A program made the position numbers and the translations under genes. A stretch of 64,000 nucleotides of DNA. It comes from Candidatus Azambacteria bacterium. GTDB taxonomy: Bacteria > Patescibacteriota > Minisyncoccia > GWC2-36-17 > WO2-46-25. Of this stretch, positions 55,390-63,991 are shown one piece after another (position 1 is the first letter of the stretch; every line of letters starts with the position of its first letter). The stretch spans positions 3,544 through 67,543 of the forward strand of contig JACQDT010000001.1 of the NCBI GenBank assembly GCA_016200965.1, given 5' to 3'. Under the pieces are notes generated by a model. That model did not search any database, was not told where the DNA came from, and worked only from the letters and a program-made list of their open reading frames with translations.

Positions 55390-55938
55390 ATGAGAAAATT
55401 TTTCCTGTCATCTTCTGTCATCGCGCTTTTTGCCTTGTACGTGTTATTTCCGCGTCCGCGGGCCGAAGATACGCACGCCATCATACCTTCTCTTGCAAAT
55501 GAAAATAAAAAACAAAGCCGCCCTGTCGCCGGCATACCGGCGACAATAACGCCCCCGAACATTCTTGCGCCGACCCAGGTTCCCGTGCAGGCGCCAAAAC
55601 CAAAACCGGCACCGACTCCTGCGCGTGTGATAGCAAAAAATAAACCGCTTTTTAAAGACGGGGAATATGTCGGCAATGTCGCCGACGCCTATTACGGATA
55701 CATACAAGTGAAAGCCGTCATTGAAAACGGGAAAATCACCGATGTGCAGTTTCTGGAATATCCCAACGACAGAAGGACCTCCATCGCGATCAATACCGAG
55801 GCGATGCCGCTTCTGAAAATGGAAGCGATCCGCGCGCAAAACGCGCAGGTAAATATTATTTCTGGAGCGACCGACAGCAGTATTGCCTTCAGAGAATCAT
55901 TGGCATATGCGCTGACACAAGCAAAAAACCAAACATGA
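55390..55938 (+). CDS. FMN-binding domain lipoprotein/secreted protein (PplA/NqrC/RnfG-type flavinylation substrate)
   Basis: Signal anchor. FMN_bind-type domain (YVGNVADAYYGYIQVKAVIENGKITDVQFLEYP ... ISGATDSS, with the flavinylated S/T motif). Confidence 0.6.
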   Translation: MRKFFLSSSVIALFALYVLFPRPRAEDTHAIIPSLANENKKQSRPVAGIPATITPPNILAPTQVPVQAPKPKPAPTPARVIAKNKPLFKDGEYVGNVADAYYGYIQVKAVIENGKITDVQFLEYPNDRRTSIAINTEAMPLLKMEAIRAQNAQVNIISGATDSSIAFRESLAYALTQAKNQT

Positions 55939-56687
55939 CTGAAACAAGAACGCTTATGGGAATGACGATAACCGTAGAGATTGCGGACACCTCCGCAAGT
56001 AAAGACATCTTGGACGAGGTGTTTGCTTTTTTTGAATATGTGGACGCAACATTCAGCACCTATAAAGACACAAGCGAGATAACGCGCATAAATAAAAAAG
56101 AGTTGCGGCCGGCCGATTACGGCGAAGACATGAAAACGGTCCTTGCATTGTCCGAACAGACAAAAAAAGAAACAAACGGATATTTTGACATCATCGCCCC
56201 AGACGGCACCTACGACCCTTCCGGCCTGGTGAAAGGATGGGCGATATATCGCGCGGCGCAGTTGCTCGAACAACGCGGCATGAAACATTTTTATGTGAAT
56301 GCGGGAGGAGACATCCAGACCCGCGGGAAAAACAATGCGGGAGAAAAATGGAGCGTGGGCATTAAAAATCCGTTCAATACAAAAGAAATAGTAAAAACGG
56401 TCTTTCTGCAAAACGAGGGGGTAGCGACATCGGGAACTTACCTGCGCGGACAGCATATTTGGAATCCGAAAAAAAGGAGCGAGGCGCTTACGGAAATCGT
56501 GAGCATCACCGTCATCGGGCCGAATGTATATGAAGCCGACCGGTTTGCAACCGCTGCGTTCGCGATGGGCAAAGACGGCATCGGCTTCATCGAAAAATTA
56601 AGCGGCTTTGAAGGATATCAAATTGATAAAAACGGCATGGCCACGATGACAAGCGGCTTTGAAGAATACACCAACGCACATGCTTAA
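55935..56687 (+). CDS. apbE: FAD:protein FMN transferase (ApbE family)
   Basis: ApbE fold motifs: LMGMTITVEI, DPSGLVKGWAIYRAA, GGDIQTRG, SGTY. Overlaps the upstream stop (ATGA). Confidence 0.8.
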   Translation: MTETRTLMGMTITVEIADTSASKDILDEVFAFFEYVDATFSTYKDTSEITRINKKELRPADYGEDMKTVLALSEQTKKETNGYFDIIAPDGTYDPSGLVKGWAIYRAAQLLEQRGMKHFYVNAGGDIQTRGKNNAGEKWSVGIKNPFNTKEIVKTVFLQNEGVATSGTYLRGQHIWNPKKRSEALTEIVSITVIGPNVYEADRFATAAFAMGKDGIGFIEKLSGFEGYQIDKNGMATMTSGFEEYTNAHA

Positions 56688-58209
56688 TATGGCAGACAAT
56701 TTCCTGAATCAGATAACGATGTATCGGCTGGTCCTGTATTATTTGGCGTTTCTTTTAATCGTCGCCATAGCGCTTGGCACGGTGGGATGGTTGCCGTATC
56801 ATCCTATTTCTCTTGCCGGTTCAGCGCTCATCCTGCTTGCCGCATGCTGGATCACCAATATGATCTTTGCACATGTATTTGAAGCGCAAACGAACGTGGA
56901 ATCGGCATACATCACCGCGCTCATTTTGGCGCTCATCATCACGCCGCCGCTGTTCACCAATTTTTCGGGAAGCATTCCGTTTCTCATATGGGTATCGGTA
57001 TGGGCGATGGCGTCAAAATACATGTTCGCGATAGGCAAAAAACACATCTTCAACCCCGCCGCATTCGCAGTGGCGCTGACCGCCGCTTCCATCGACCAGT
57101 CCGCAAGCTGGTGGATCGGCACTCTTTCCATGATGCCTTTTGTCATCATAGGCGGACTGCTTGTGGTGAAAAAAATATTGCGAAGCGGTCTTGTGTTCGG
57201 ATTTTTAACCGGCGCGATGGTTTCCATTTTGGGATTTGCAATGCTACGAGGATCGAATCTGTTAGCAATCGCCGGAAAATCGCTTTTTGAATCTCCCCTG
57301 CTATTTTTTGCTTTCATCATGATCACCGAACCGCTCACCACGCCGCCGACAAAAAAGCTCCAAGTCCTTTACGGCACCCTGGTGGGACTGCTCTTTGCTC
57401 CCGCAGTACATGTCGGATCGCTTTATTTTACCCCTGAACTTGCATTGCTTGCGGGAAATATTTTTTCATATGCGGTAAGTCCGAAAAGAAAGCATGTATT
57501 GCGACTCAAAGAAAAAATAAATACCGCGACAGATACATGGGATTTTATATTTCACCCCGATAAAAAAGTGGCATTCCGTCCCGGACAGTATATGGAATGG
57601 ACGCTCGGGCACGCCCGCCCCGACAACAGGGGTAACCGGCGGTACTTCACCGTCGCGTCTTCTCCCACGGAAAAAGAAGTGCGGCTTGGAATCAAGTTTT
57701 ACCCTCACTCAAGCAGTTTCAAAAAATCGCTGATGGCTCTGGACCCCGGCGACACCATATCCGCCTCTCAGCTTGCGGGTGACTTCGTCCTGCCCACAGA
57801 CAAAACGAAAAAACTGGTTTTTATCGCAGGGGGGATCGGCGTCACACCCTTTCGGAGCATAGTGAAATATCTTCTGGACGCCAATGAAAAAAGACAGATA
57901 ACCGTACTGTATTCAAATAAAACACCCGCAGACATCGCGTATAAAGACGTGTTTGACGAGGCAGAAAAACAGCTTGCGATAAAAACGGTCTATGCAATCA
58001 CCGATGGCGGAACGGTTCCACCTTCATGGCGGGCGCGATTGGGTTTTATCACGCCACGCATGATAGCCGAAGAAGTCCCCGACTACAAAGAAAGATTCTT
58101 CTATATATCCGGTCCCCACGCAATGGTGGTTGCGTTCAAAAAAACGTTACGAAACATGGGAATTCCCCGAAAACGGATCAAAACGGATTTCTTCCCCGGA
58201 TTCGTTTAA
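56659..58209 (+). CDS. polytopic membrane protein fused to C-terminal FNR-like FAD/NAD(P)H oxidoreductase domain
   Basis: About 280 aa with 7-8 TM helices, then RPGQYMEW ... RRYFTVASSP (FAD RxYS motif) and VFIAGGIGVTPFRSIV (NAD-binding). Confidence 0.6.
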   Translation: MKNTPTHMLNMADNFLNQITMYRLVLYYLAFLLIVAIALGTVGWLPYHPISLAGSALILLAACWITNMIFAHVFEAQTNVESAYITALILALIITPPLFTNFSGSIPFLIWVSVWAMASKYMFAIGKKHIFNPAAFAVALTAASIDQSASWWIGTLSMMPFVIIGGLLVVKKILRSGLVFGFLTGAMVSILGFAMLRGSNLLAIAGKSLFESPLLFFAFIMITEPLTTPPTKKLQVLYGTLVGLLFAPAVHVGSLYFTPELALLAGNIFSYAVSPKRKHVLRLKEKINTATDTWDFIFHPDKKVAFRPGQYMEWTLGHARPDNRGNRRYFTVASSPTEKEVRLGIKFYPHSSSFKKSLMALDPGDTISASQLAGDFVLPTDKTKKLVFIAGGIGVTPFRSIVKYLLDANEKRQITVLYSNKTPADIAYKDVFDEAEKQLAIKTVYAITDGGTVPPSWRARLGFITPRMIAEEVPDYKERFFYISGPHAMVVAFKKTLRNMGIPRKRIKTDFFPGFV

Positions 58210-58573
58210 ACCCCATTCTCATTTTTATATTCCGAATTTTTGAACACGGGCGCCAAAGAGATTCTTTTACGTATGTTACCTTCCTATCAAGGGGCGTATC
58301 GGCGGAGGTGTTGATGACATTGTGCGTACTGCCCGCCGGCACAATGACGGCATCGCCATCTCCGATCACATGATCCGTGCCGTCGACAATCACCTTACCC
58401 TCTCCTGACTCAAAACGGAAGAATTGATCCACCGTATGCGCTTCTGTGCCGATCTCTTCCCCGGGCTTTAAGCGCATGGCAACCAGCTGGCTATGCCGTG
58501 CCGTATACAATACCCGCCGATAATCCGTATTTTTTCTCGTCTCATCTTCGATGTGTCCGAAATATCCTTTCAT
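58178..58573 (-). CDS. cupin-domain protein
   Basis: Cupin_2-type motifs GEEIGTEAHTVDQFFRFESGEG ... GDGDAVIVPAGSTHNVIN. Confidence 0.6.
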   Translation of the reverse strand: MKGYFGHIEDETRKNTDYRRVLYTARHSQLVAMRLKPGEEIGTEAHTVDQFFRFESGEGKVIVDGTDHVIGDGDAVIVPAGSTHNVINTSADTPLDRKVTYVKESLWRPCSKIRNIKMRMGFKRIRGRNPF

Positions 58574-58640
58574 ATGATTAAAGCGGATTTAATGATATTA
58601 TTTTTGTGGTCTTTCTTTTTGTTATATTAGCATTTATTGC

Positions 58641-59491
58641 ATGAAACAGGAAACTAAAAACACGCCTCCGCAGAACATATGGGACCTGGCGGTCATCGGC
58701 GGAGGGCCGGCTGGCATGATGGCGGCCTCGCGCGCGGCCGAGTGTGGCGCGAAAGTCGTTTTGCTCGAAAAAAACGATACGCTCGGCAAAAAGCTTCTCA
58801 TCACCGGCGGAGGCAGGTGCAACGTCACCAACGCGGAATTCGACACGCGAAAATTTCTCTCAAAATTCAAGGGAAACGATAAATTCCTCTTCTCGGCGTT
58901 TTCGCAACGGGGCGTCAAAGAAACGCTGGATTTTTTCCACGCGCACGATATGCCCACCAAAGTGGAAGCGGAAAACCGCGTATTCCCCAAAAGCAACAGC
59001 GCCAAATCGGTGTGGGACGTGCTCGCGCGCTCCATGAAAGACAACGGCGTAACACTCCTTTCGCGTTCCCCTGTCGCTGGATTTGTTAAAAAAGGAAACG
59101 AGATACTGGCCGTGCGTTGTGCGGATGGAAAAGAAATAAAAGCCAAAGCGTTCGTGCTGGCAACCGGCGGCATGTCGCGCCCCGAAACCGGCTCCACGGG
59201 CGACGGATTCGTGTGGCTGAAAAAATCGGGCATACCGTCATTGCGTCGGACCCGGCTTTGGTGCCTGTTGCGGTCAAAGACGCCTGGGTCAAAAAACTCC
59301 AGGGCGTCAGCGTGCCCCGCGTCAAAATAACCCTGTTTCAAAACGGTCAAAAGCAAGACGTAAGTGAAGGCAACCCGCGAGCCCGGAGAGCGGAGCAGTC
59401 GTCGTATGACGACAAAATATTGTCCTTGTCCCAATTTCCTGTCCCGATTTCCGCGCCAAACCTTGGCCGGGCGGACTCTCAATTCGTATGA
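58641..59491 (+). pseudogene. HI0933-like FAD-dependent oxidoreductase (aminoacetone oxidase family), frameshifted near 59230 and truncated after a degenerate repeat copy
   Basis: GGGPAGMMAA Rossmann fold, GGGRCNVTN, and GSTGDGF-VW-AEKIGHTVIASDPALVPV. The family consensus is recovered only by joining two frames (one G missing in gtgtggctg). Ends about 115 aa short of family length. Confidence 0.55.
59369..59410 (-). repeat. 42-bp repeat unit, copy 8, reverse orientation and degenerate (encodes GNPRARRAEQSSYD)
   Basis: ggcaacccgcgagcccggagagcggagcagtcgtcgtatgac. Lies just before the premature stop of the HI0933-like gene. Confidence 0.8.
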
Positions 59492-59595
59492 GCCGAAAGG
59501 GTCTTGAAAAGCCGTAGTCGTTCAATGCAACCGATCTGAAATCAGTATACCAAAACCTCCTTTATTAAAAAATGAATTTTTGCTAAAGTAAGGTC

Positions 59596-61524
59596 ATGGA
59601 AAAGTATCCGTTACACCTCAAAAATCCCGAATTGCAAACATCACCTGAAGTGCAACGGGCCGTTGAGCGTGAGGAGCAGAAAACGGGGGAAAAGGTGCCC
59701 AATGACCCGGCCGAGCGCATTGAGGCCTATCTTAAACGACTCGAAAAGTTGGTTCTTGATCCAAAAAAAGAACAAGAGAGCAAAGCCATGCGAGATGTTG
59801 AACATACAGAGCGTCCGCGAGCACTGTCGCTTTTACGCGAGATGATTTTAAACGAATATGTGCGCCCAAATAAAGAACAGATGGCACAAGGCGCAGCTCG
59901 GGTTGAACAACGTGCCGCTCGACAAATGGGTATTCAGGCCGAATACAACGACGAAACGCTTGAACATCGAGGCGAGATAGCCGTCGGCGATCTTGAAAGC
60001 TCGCTCGATGAATGGATAAAGTATCTTTCTGACCCAAACGAGCCATACCCGACATGGTTCCGTTATTACGCCTTTAGGAACATTCTTAACCTTGGAGAAT
60101 ACGACAAAGACAAACAGGAATTTCCGAAGCGTTCAAAAGGCACCTTCAAACTCTTTCCGGATATTGACCGCGGGGCGTTAGCTTATGTGGAGGAGATAAT
60201 GACTGCCACACAGGACGATACAGTCTTGGCGCGAGTGCGTGAATCTCAAAAAGAATTTGGTACACCTGAAGCTGACATGTGGACACCTCAAAAAGCACAG
60301 AATTTTGTAAAAATGTCTTTTGCAAAGCAATATGCGAAAGGTATCGAAGCACAGGGAACGATTACGCCGGAACTTCGCGCAGAAACACAAGGTGAGTGGG
60401 TGCATTTTCACCAAAACGACAACCCAAAAATCCTCTGGAAATCACTTCAAAATAAAGGAACAGCATGGTGCACAAGGGGATATCCAACCGCAGAAACACA
60501 GCTCAAGGGCGGAGACTTTTATGTATATTACACACTAGATGCTACGGGAAAGCCAACAATTCCTCGTATTGCTATCCGTATGGAGGGTCAAAATAAAATC
60601 GCCGAGGATCCTCGGGGTGTATTTGACTCTCAACAGAATCTTGAACCAAACATGGTAGATATTTTAGACGAGAAACTCAAAGAATTCGGAGGAGAGGCGG
60701 ACGCATACCGCAAGAAAAGCGAGGACATGCGAATGCTCACCGCTCTTGAGAAAAAGCGTGAGAACGAGGAAGCGTTCACCAAGGATGATCTTATTTTGCT
60801 GTATGAAATCAATGGAACTATCGAAGGATTCGGATATCAGAAAGACCCTCGCATCGCGGAACTCCGACAAGGCAGAAATGCCGAGGAGGATATGCTCGTC
60901 ATATTTGAATGCGCGAGAGACGAGATCGCTCACGTGCCGAGCCAAATACAGTCAAACACCAAAGCGTATGTCGGCCAACTCGAGCCGGGCATATTCCGGA
61001 GACTGCCGGAAAATCTTGAGCACGTTTATACCTCGTTTCCCGATAAGAAAATTCGCAGAGAAAATGTTGAGATAGGAGGCAAGTCGGCCGAGCAGTTGAT
61101 ATCTGAAATGCAAGCGGCTGGCATCAACATTTCCGACTACGCAAAATCAATGCTCAAAAATAGGGAGTTCGTGCCGGGAAAAAATCCGGAGGAAGCGACA
61201 CTCATCAGACTTACCGTAGCCGATCTCGGATTCAAGAGCAGCGCCACGACTGACCAAATTTATGAACGCGCTCAAATTCTCGGACTGGAACTGTGTCCTG
61301 CCGATACTGGTCCAAACTATCGTTTGAGGTATCGAAACCAACCCTTAAATGAATGGATTTATATGAGCATGAAGCAAATCGCCGGCTCTGACGGCGGCCC
61401 GAGCGTCTTCGAGCTGGTTCGCAACGACGGCGGTTTGTGGCTGGACGGCCATTGGGCGGGACCCGACGGCGAGTGGGGTCCGGGCCGCGAGTTCGTGTTC
61501 CGTCTCCGCAAGTCTGAATCTTAA
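59596..61524 (+). CDS. hypothetical 642-aa protein (orphan; no recognisable domain)
   Basis: Long uninterrupted ORF with coding-like composition. GC-rich Gly/Pro/Trp-rich C-terminus (GPDGEWGPGREF). Confidence 0.45.
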   Translation: MEKYPLHLKNPELQTSPEVQRAVEREEQKTGEKVPNDPAERIEAYLKRLEKLVLDPKKEQESKAMRDVEHTERPRALSLLREMILNEYVRPNKEQMAQGAARVEQRAARQMGIQAEYNDETLEHRGEIAVGDLESSLDEWIKYLSDPNEPYPTWFRYYAFRNILNLGEYDKDKQEFPKRSKGTFKLFPDIDRGALAYVEEIMTATQDDTVLARVRESQKEFGTPEADMWTPQKAQNFVKMSFAKQYAKGIEAQGTITPELRAETQGEWVHFHQNDNPKILWKSLQNKGTAWCTRGYPTAETQLKGGDFYVYYTLDATGKPTIPRIAIRMEGQNKIAEDPRGVFDSQQNLEPNMVDILDEKLKEFGGEADAYRKKSEDMRMLTALEKKRENEEAFTKDDLILLYEINGTIEGFGYQKDPRIAELRQGRNAEEDMLVIFECARDEIAHVPSQIQSNTKAYVGQLEPGIFRRLPENLEHVYTSFPDKKIRRENVEIGGKSAEQLISEMQAAGINISDYAKSMLKNREFVPGKNPEEATLIRLTVADLGFKSSATTDQIYERAQILGLELCPADTGPNYRLRYRNQPLNEWIYMSMKQIAGSDGGPSVFELVRNDGGLWLDGHWAGPDGEWGPGREFVFRLRKSES

Positions 61525-61701
61525 ATCTTTTGTCTCTTTATAATTATAGAGAATCGTTGTATCGATGGCTTTTCTATCTTTCGGAGAGAGAATAACGATA
61601 GGACACACTTCGATGACGTCGCCCTTTTTGAACGGTTGCGCCGCAAAAACTCCGCGCCCTTTTTGAGAAACTTTTTGAATGAGGAGCTTGGATTGCGGCA
61701 T
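61525..61701 (-). CDS. SET-domain-like N-terminal fragment (possible gene remnant)
   Basis: KVSQKGRGVFAAQPFKKGDVIEVCPIVIL matches the G-x-G-VFA ... KGD-I SET N-terminal signature. The rest of ORF 61345..61701 overlaps the plus-strand gene and lacks NHS/ELxFDY motifs. Confidence 0.25.
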
Positions 61702-61879
61702 TTGTATTTGAAGCTTTACTGTAAAGAATTTACTTGACTAGGACTCCTTGGTCTGGTAGTATGTCACTATCACCAACGGAAAAGATCACCCCTTAAGGTT
61801 TTGTCCTTACGGGGCCTTTTCTTTTTTATGAAAATCTTTTTGCATGGCTCTATCTTAACACTATTCACTTTTTTATACA

Positions 61880-63331
61880 TTATTTCTCCAGATCAAGCAC
61901 TTCGTCAATGCGGATTTTTTTCACAAATTCGGGAACGTGGCTGACCAGAATCATCGCGCCCTGATACGCGTTCAGCGCGTCGGCGATGAGCGGAATATGG
62001 CGAAAATTGATATGGTTGGTCGGCTCGTCCAAGATAAGAAGCCCCGGCTTTTGCAAAACGAGCCGCGTGAAGGCGACCAATCCCTTTTGCCCTTCCGAGA
62101 GCGCCCCGATTTTCGTGCCCATACTCTCCGCGCCGATAAGAAACCCCGCGGCCGTGGACCGCAGGTTGTGTTCATTTTGCTTATCCATCGCAGAAAAAAG
62201 AGAATCATACACCGTATCGTCAAAATTAAGCGTTGAGAAATCCTGGCGGTAATATCCAATGCGCACGCCTTCGGCTATCGTAGCCCCACTTGCGTGTCCC
62301 GAAGCCAGTGCTTCCAAAAGCGTGCTTTTGCCTATGCCGTTGGGACCGGAAAGCAGAAGATGCGTATTTTTCTTCAGCGAAATCTTCGCCGCGTGCGTTA
62401 CCGATTTATAGTTTTTCAGCGTGGTATAGGAAGTAATGCGCACGATTTCTCCCGTCAAATCCTCCTGAACGGGTATCGTGAAAGGGCGGATGGTTTTGTC
62501 TTCTTTTCGCACGTCGACTTTCGCCGCTTCAAGCTCCTCGGCTTTGTCGCGCATGCGCTTTGCCACCATCCGCATCTTTCCGCCTTTGTGCGCGAAAAAA
62601 TTCGCCTTGTCTTTGTTTTCCTGTATCTCTTTTGCGAGCTGTGCGTTCTTGCTGTTTTCTTTTTCTATGCGCAACGTTATGTCTTTCACCACATCAAAAT
62701 AATTCCCCGCGTATTGCTCTATCTTTTTAGTGAACACGTCAAGATACAGCACGCCGTCGGTGAATGCATTCAGAAAACCCGCGTCATGGGAAATGACAAT
62801 GACCGTCTTTTCGTATTTCTTGAGAAAATCAGTCAGATGCGCGATCCCCGCCTTGTCCAGATTATTCGTCGGCTCGTCAAGAAGTAAAATATCCGGATTT
62901 TGGATAAGCGCGGACGCGAGTAAAAGCCGCGCCTGCTGGCCGCCCGAAAACGACTTGATGACTTTATCGTACGGCGCCGAGAGATGCACCACTTCCAACA
63001 CCGCCTCTATCCTCGGGTCTATGTCATACACTTTCGCCGCAAAGCATTTCTCAAAAAATGCTCTCACTGTCAGATGCATTTGATCGCGCGGGATCGCCTG
63101 GCGCGCCGTCGCAACGGAAAAATCGTCATCAATACTCGCCTTGCCCGAGTCGGGATGAATCGCTTTCGTGATTAAGGAAAATAGCGTGCTTTTCCCAGCG
63201 CCGTTTTGCCCCATGAGCGCGATCTTCATCCCGCCGCGCACCGAAAAACTCACCTCATGCAAAATGGGCTTGGTGTGTCCGTATTCAAAAGACACTTCAT
63301 CAAATCGTATGACGATTTCGTCGCGCGACAT
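61880..63331 (-). CDS. ABC-F family ATPase (tandem ABC domains, no TM domain; EttA/Uup/YheS-like)
   Basis: Two Walker A motifs (GQNGAGKST, GPNGIGKST). Two signature motifs (LSGGQQARLLLA, LSEGQKGLVAF). Two Walker B motifs (ILLLDEPTN, LLILDEPTN). Start set at MSRDEIVIRFDEV. Confidence 0.8.
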   Translation of the reverse strand: MSRDEIVIRFDEVSFEYGHTKPILHEVSFSVRGGMKIALMGQNGAGKSTLFSLITKAIHPDSGKASIDDDFSVATARQAIPRDQMHLTVRAFFEKCFAAKVYDIDPRIEAVLEVVHLSAPYDKVIKSFSGGQQARLLLASALIQNPDILLLDEPTNNLDKAGIAHLTDFLKKYEKTVIVISHDAGFLNAFTDGVLYLDVFTKKIEQYAGNYFDVVKDITLRIEKENSKNAQLAKEIQENKDKANFFAHKGGKMRMVAKRMRDKAEELEAAKVDVRKEDKTIRPFTIPVQEDLTGEIVRITSYTTLKNYKSVTHAAKISLKKNTHLLLSGPNGIGKSTLLEALASGHASGATIAEGVRIGYYRQDFSTLNFDDTVYDSLFSAMDKQNEHNLRSTAAGFLIGAESMGTKIGALSEGQKGLVAFTRLVLQKPGLLILDEPTNHINFRHIPLIADALNAYQGAMILVSHVPEFVKKIRIDEVLDLEK

Positions 63332-63380
63332 CTCCACACAGTACCTTATCTCATCAAAAATGGGAAGTGGTCCGCTTGCC

Positions 63381-63422
63381 GTCATACGACGACTGCTCCG
63401 CTCTCTGCGTTCGCGGGTTGCG
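63381..63422 (+). repeat. 42-bp repeat unit, copy 9, in the 5' leader of the ABC-F gene and abutting the palindromic element
   Basis: An exact unit, preceded by tccgcttgcc. Confidence 0.9.
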
Positions 63423-63425
63423 CAC

Positions 63426-63727
63426 ACGCAAACGGCGGTTTCACTTTCTCAAAGAAAAGCGTCGCGAGGCCGAAGCGGGCAGGGTGCTCCCGCGCTCCCT
63501 TCGGTCCGTCAACCCGCTCGGGCGTTCCAGCGACACCCTCGCTTTTCTCCGCTGACGGCGAGGTTTTGGCAGGCGGATTATACCAAAACCACCCAGCTCG
63601 CCTGCTTAAGAAGATTTCCTGACCGAAGGGAGCGCGGGAGCGAGCGGAGGCCGACGCCGAGCATTGATTTTCTCGCTGGGAAAATCAATGCGTCTTTTCG
63701 TGGGAAAGTGAAACCGCCGTTTGCGTT
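63426..63727. repeat. ~300-bp MITE-like palindromic element with 23-bp perfect terminal inverted repeats
   Basis: acgcaaacggcggtttcactttc at 63426-63448 pairs with gaaagtgaaaccgccgtttgcgt at 63705-63727. Nested internal inverted repeat ctcccgcgctcccttcggtc / gaccgaagggagcgcgggag. Confidence 0.6.
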
Positions 63728-63730
63728 TAT

Positions 63731-63991
63731 CTAAAACATCTTCTTACCTGCTCGCGCCAAACTGAGTTTTTTCTCCCTGCGCCAGCTCTTGATTTCGGCT
63801 TCCCGCCGCCGCGCCGCCGAGAATGTTTTCGCCGTTTCCGAATAGACAAGCTTCACCGGACGTCTGATTTTCGTGTAATGCGCCCCCGCCTTCGCGCTAT
63901 TGTGCTGTGCAATTCTCTTTGCCAGATCGTTCGTGGAGCCGACATACAAAGTCCCGTCGGCGCATTTGAGCATATAGACGAAGTGGGTCAT
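63731..63991 (-). CDS. GIY-YIG nuclease superfamily protein (UPF0213/YhbQ-like)
   Basis: [28 protein letters not shown] carries the GIY ... YIG motifs, with a conserved Arg and Glu (REAEIK). Confidence 0.75.
   Translation of the reverse strand: MTHFVYMLKCADGTLYVGSTNDLAKRIAQHNSAKAGAHYTKIRRPVKLVYSETAKTFSAARRREAEIKSWRREKKLSLARAGKKMF

Noticed and set aside
61345-61701. Full-length 118-aa minus-strand ORF as a real SET-domain gene
   Set aside because: Only the first 59 aa match SET. The remainder overlaps 180 nt of the GC-rich plus-strand gene and lacks the NHS and ELxFDY motifs. It is kept only as a possible fragment.
63381-63427. ABC-F gene starting at the ORF-track Met so that the 42-bp unit would be translated (ATRERRERSSRRMT)
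   Set aside because: ABC-F proteins begin with the I/VRFE-V-SFxY motif found at the internal Met (MSRDEIVIRFDEVSFEY). The upstream extension is arginine-rich read-through of the repeat, so the unit is placed in the 5' leader.
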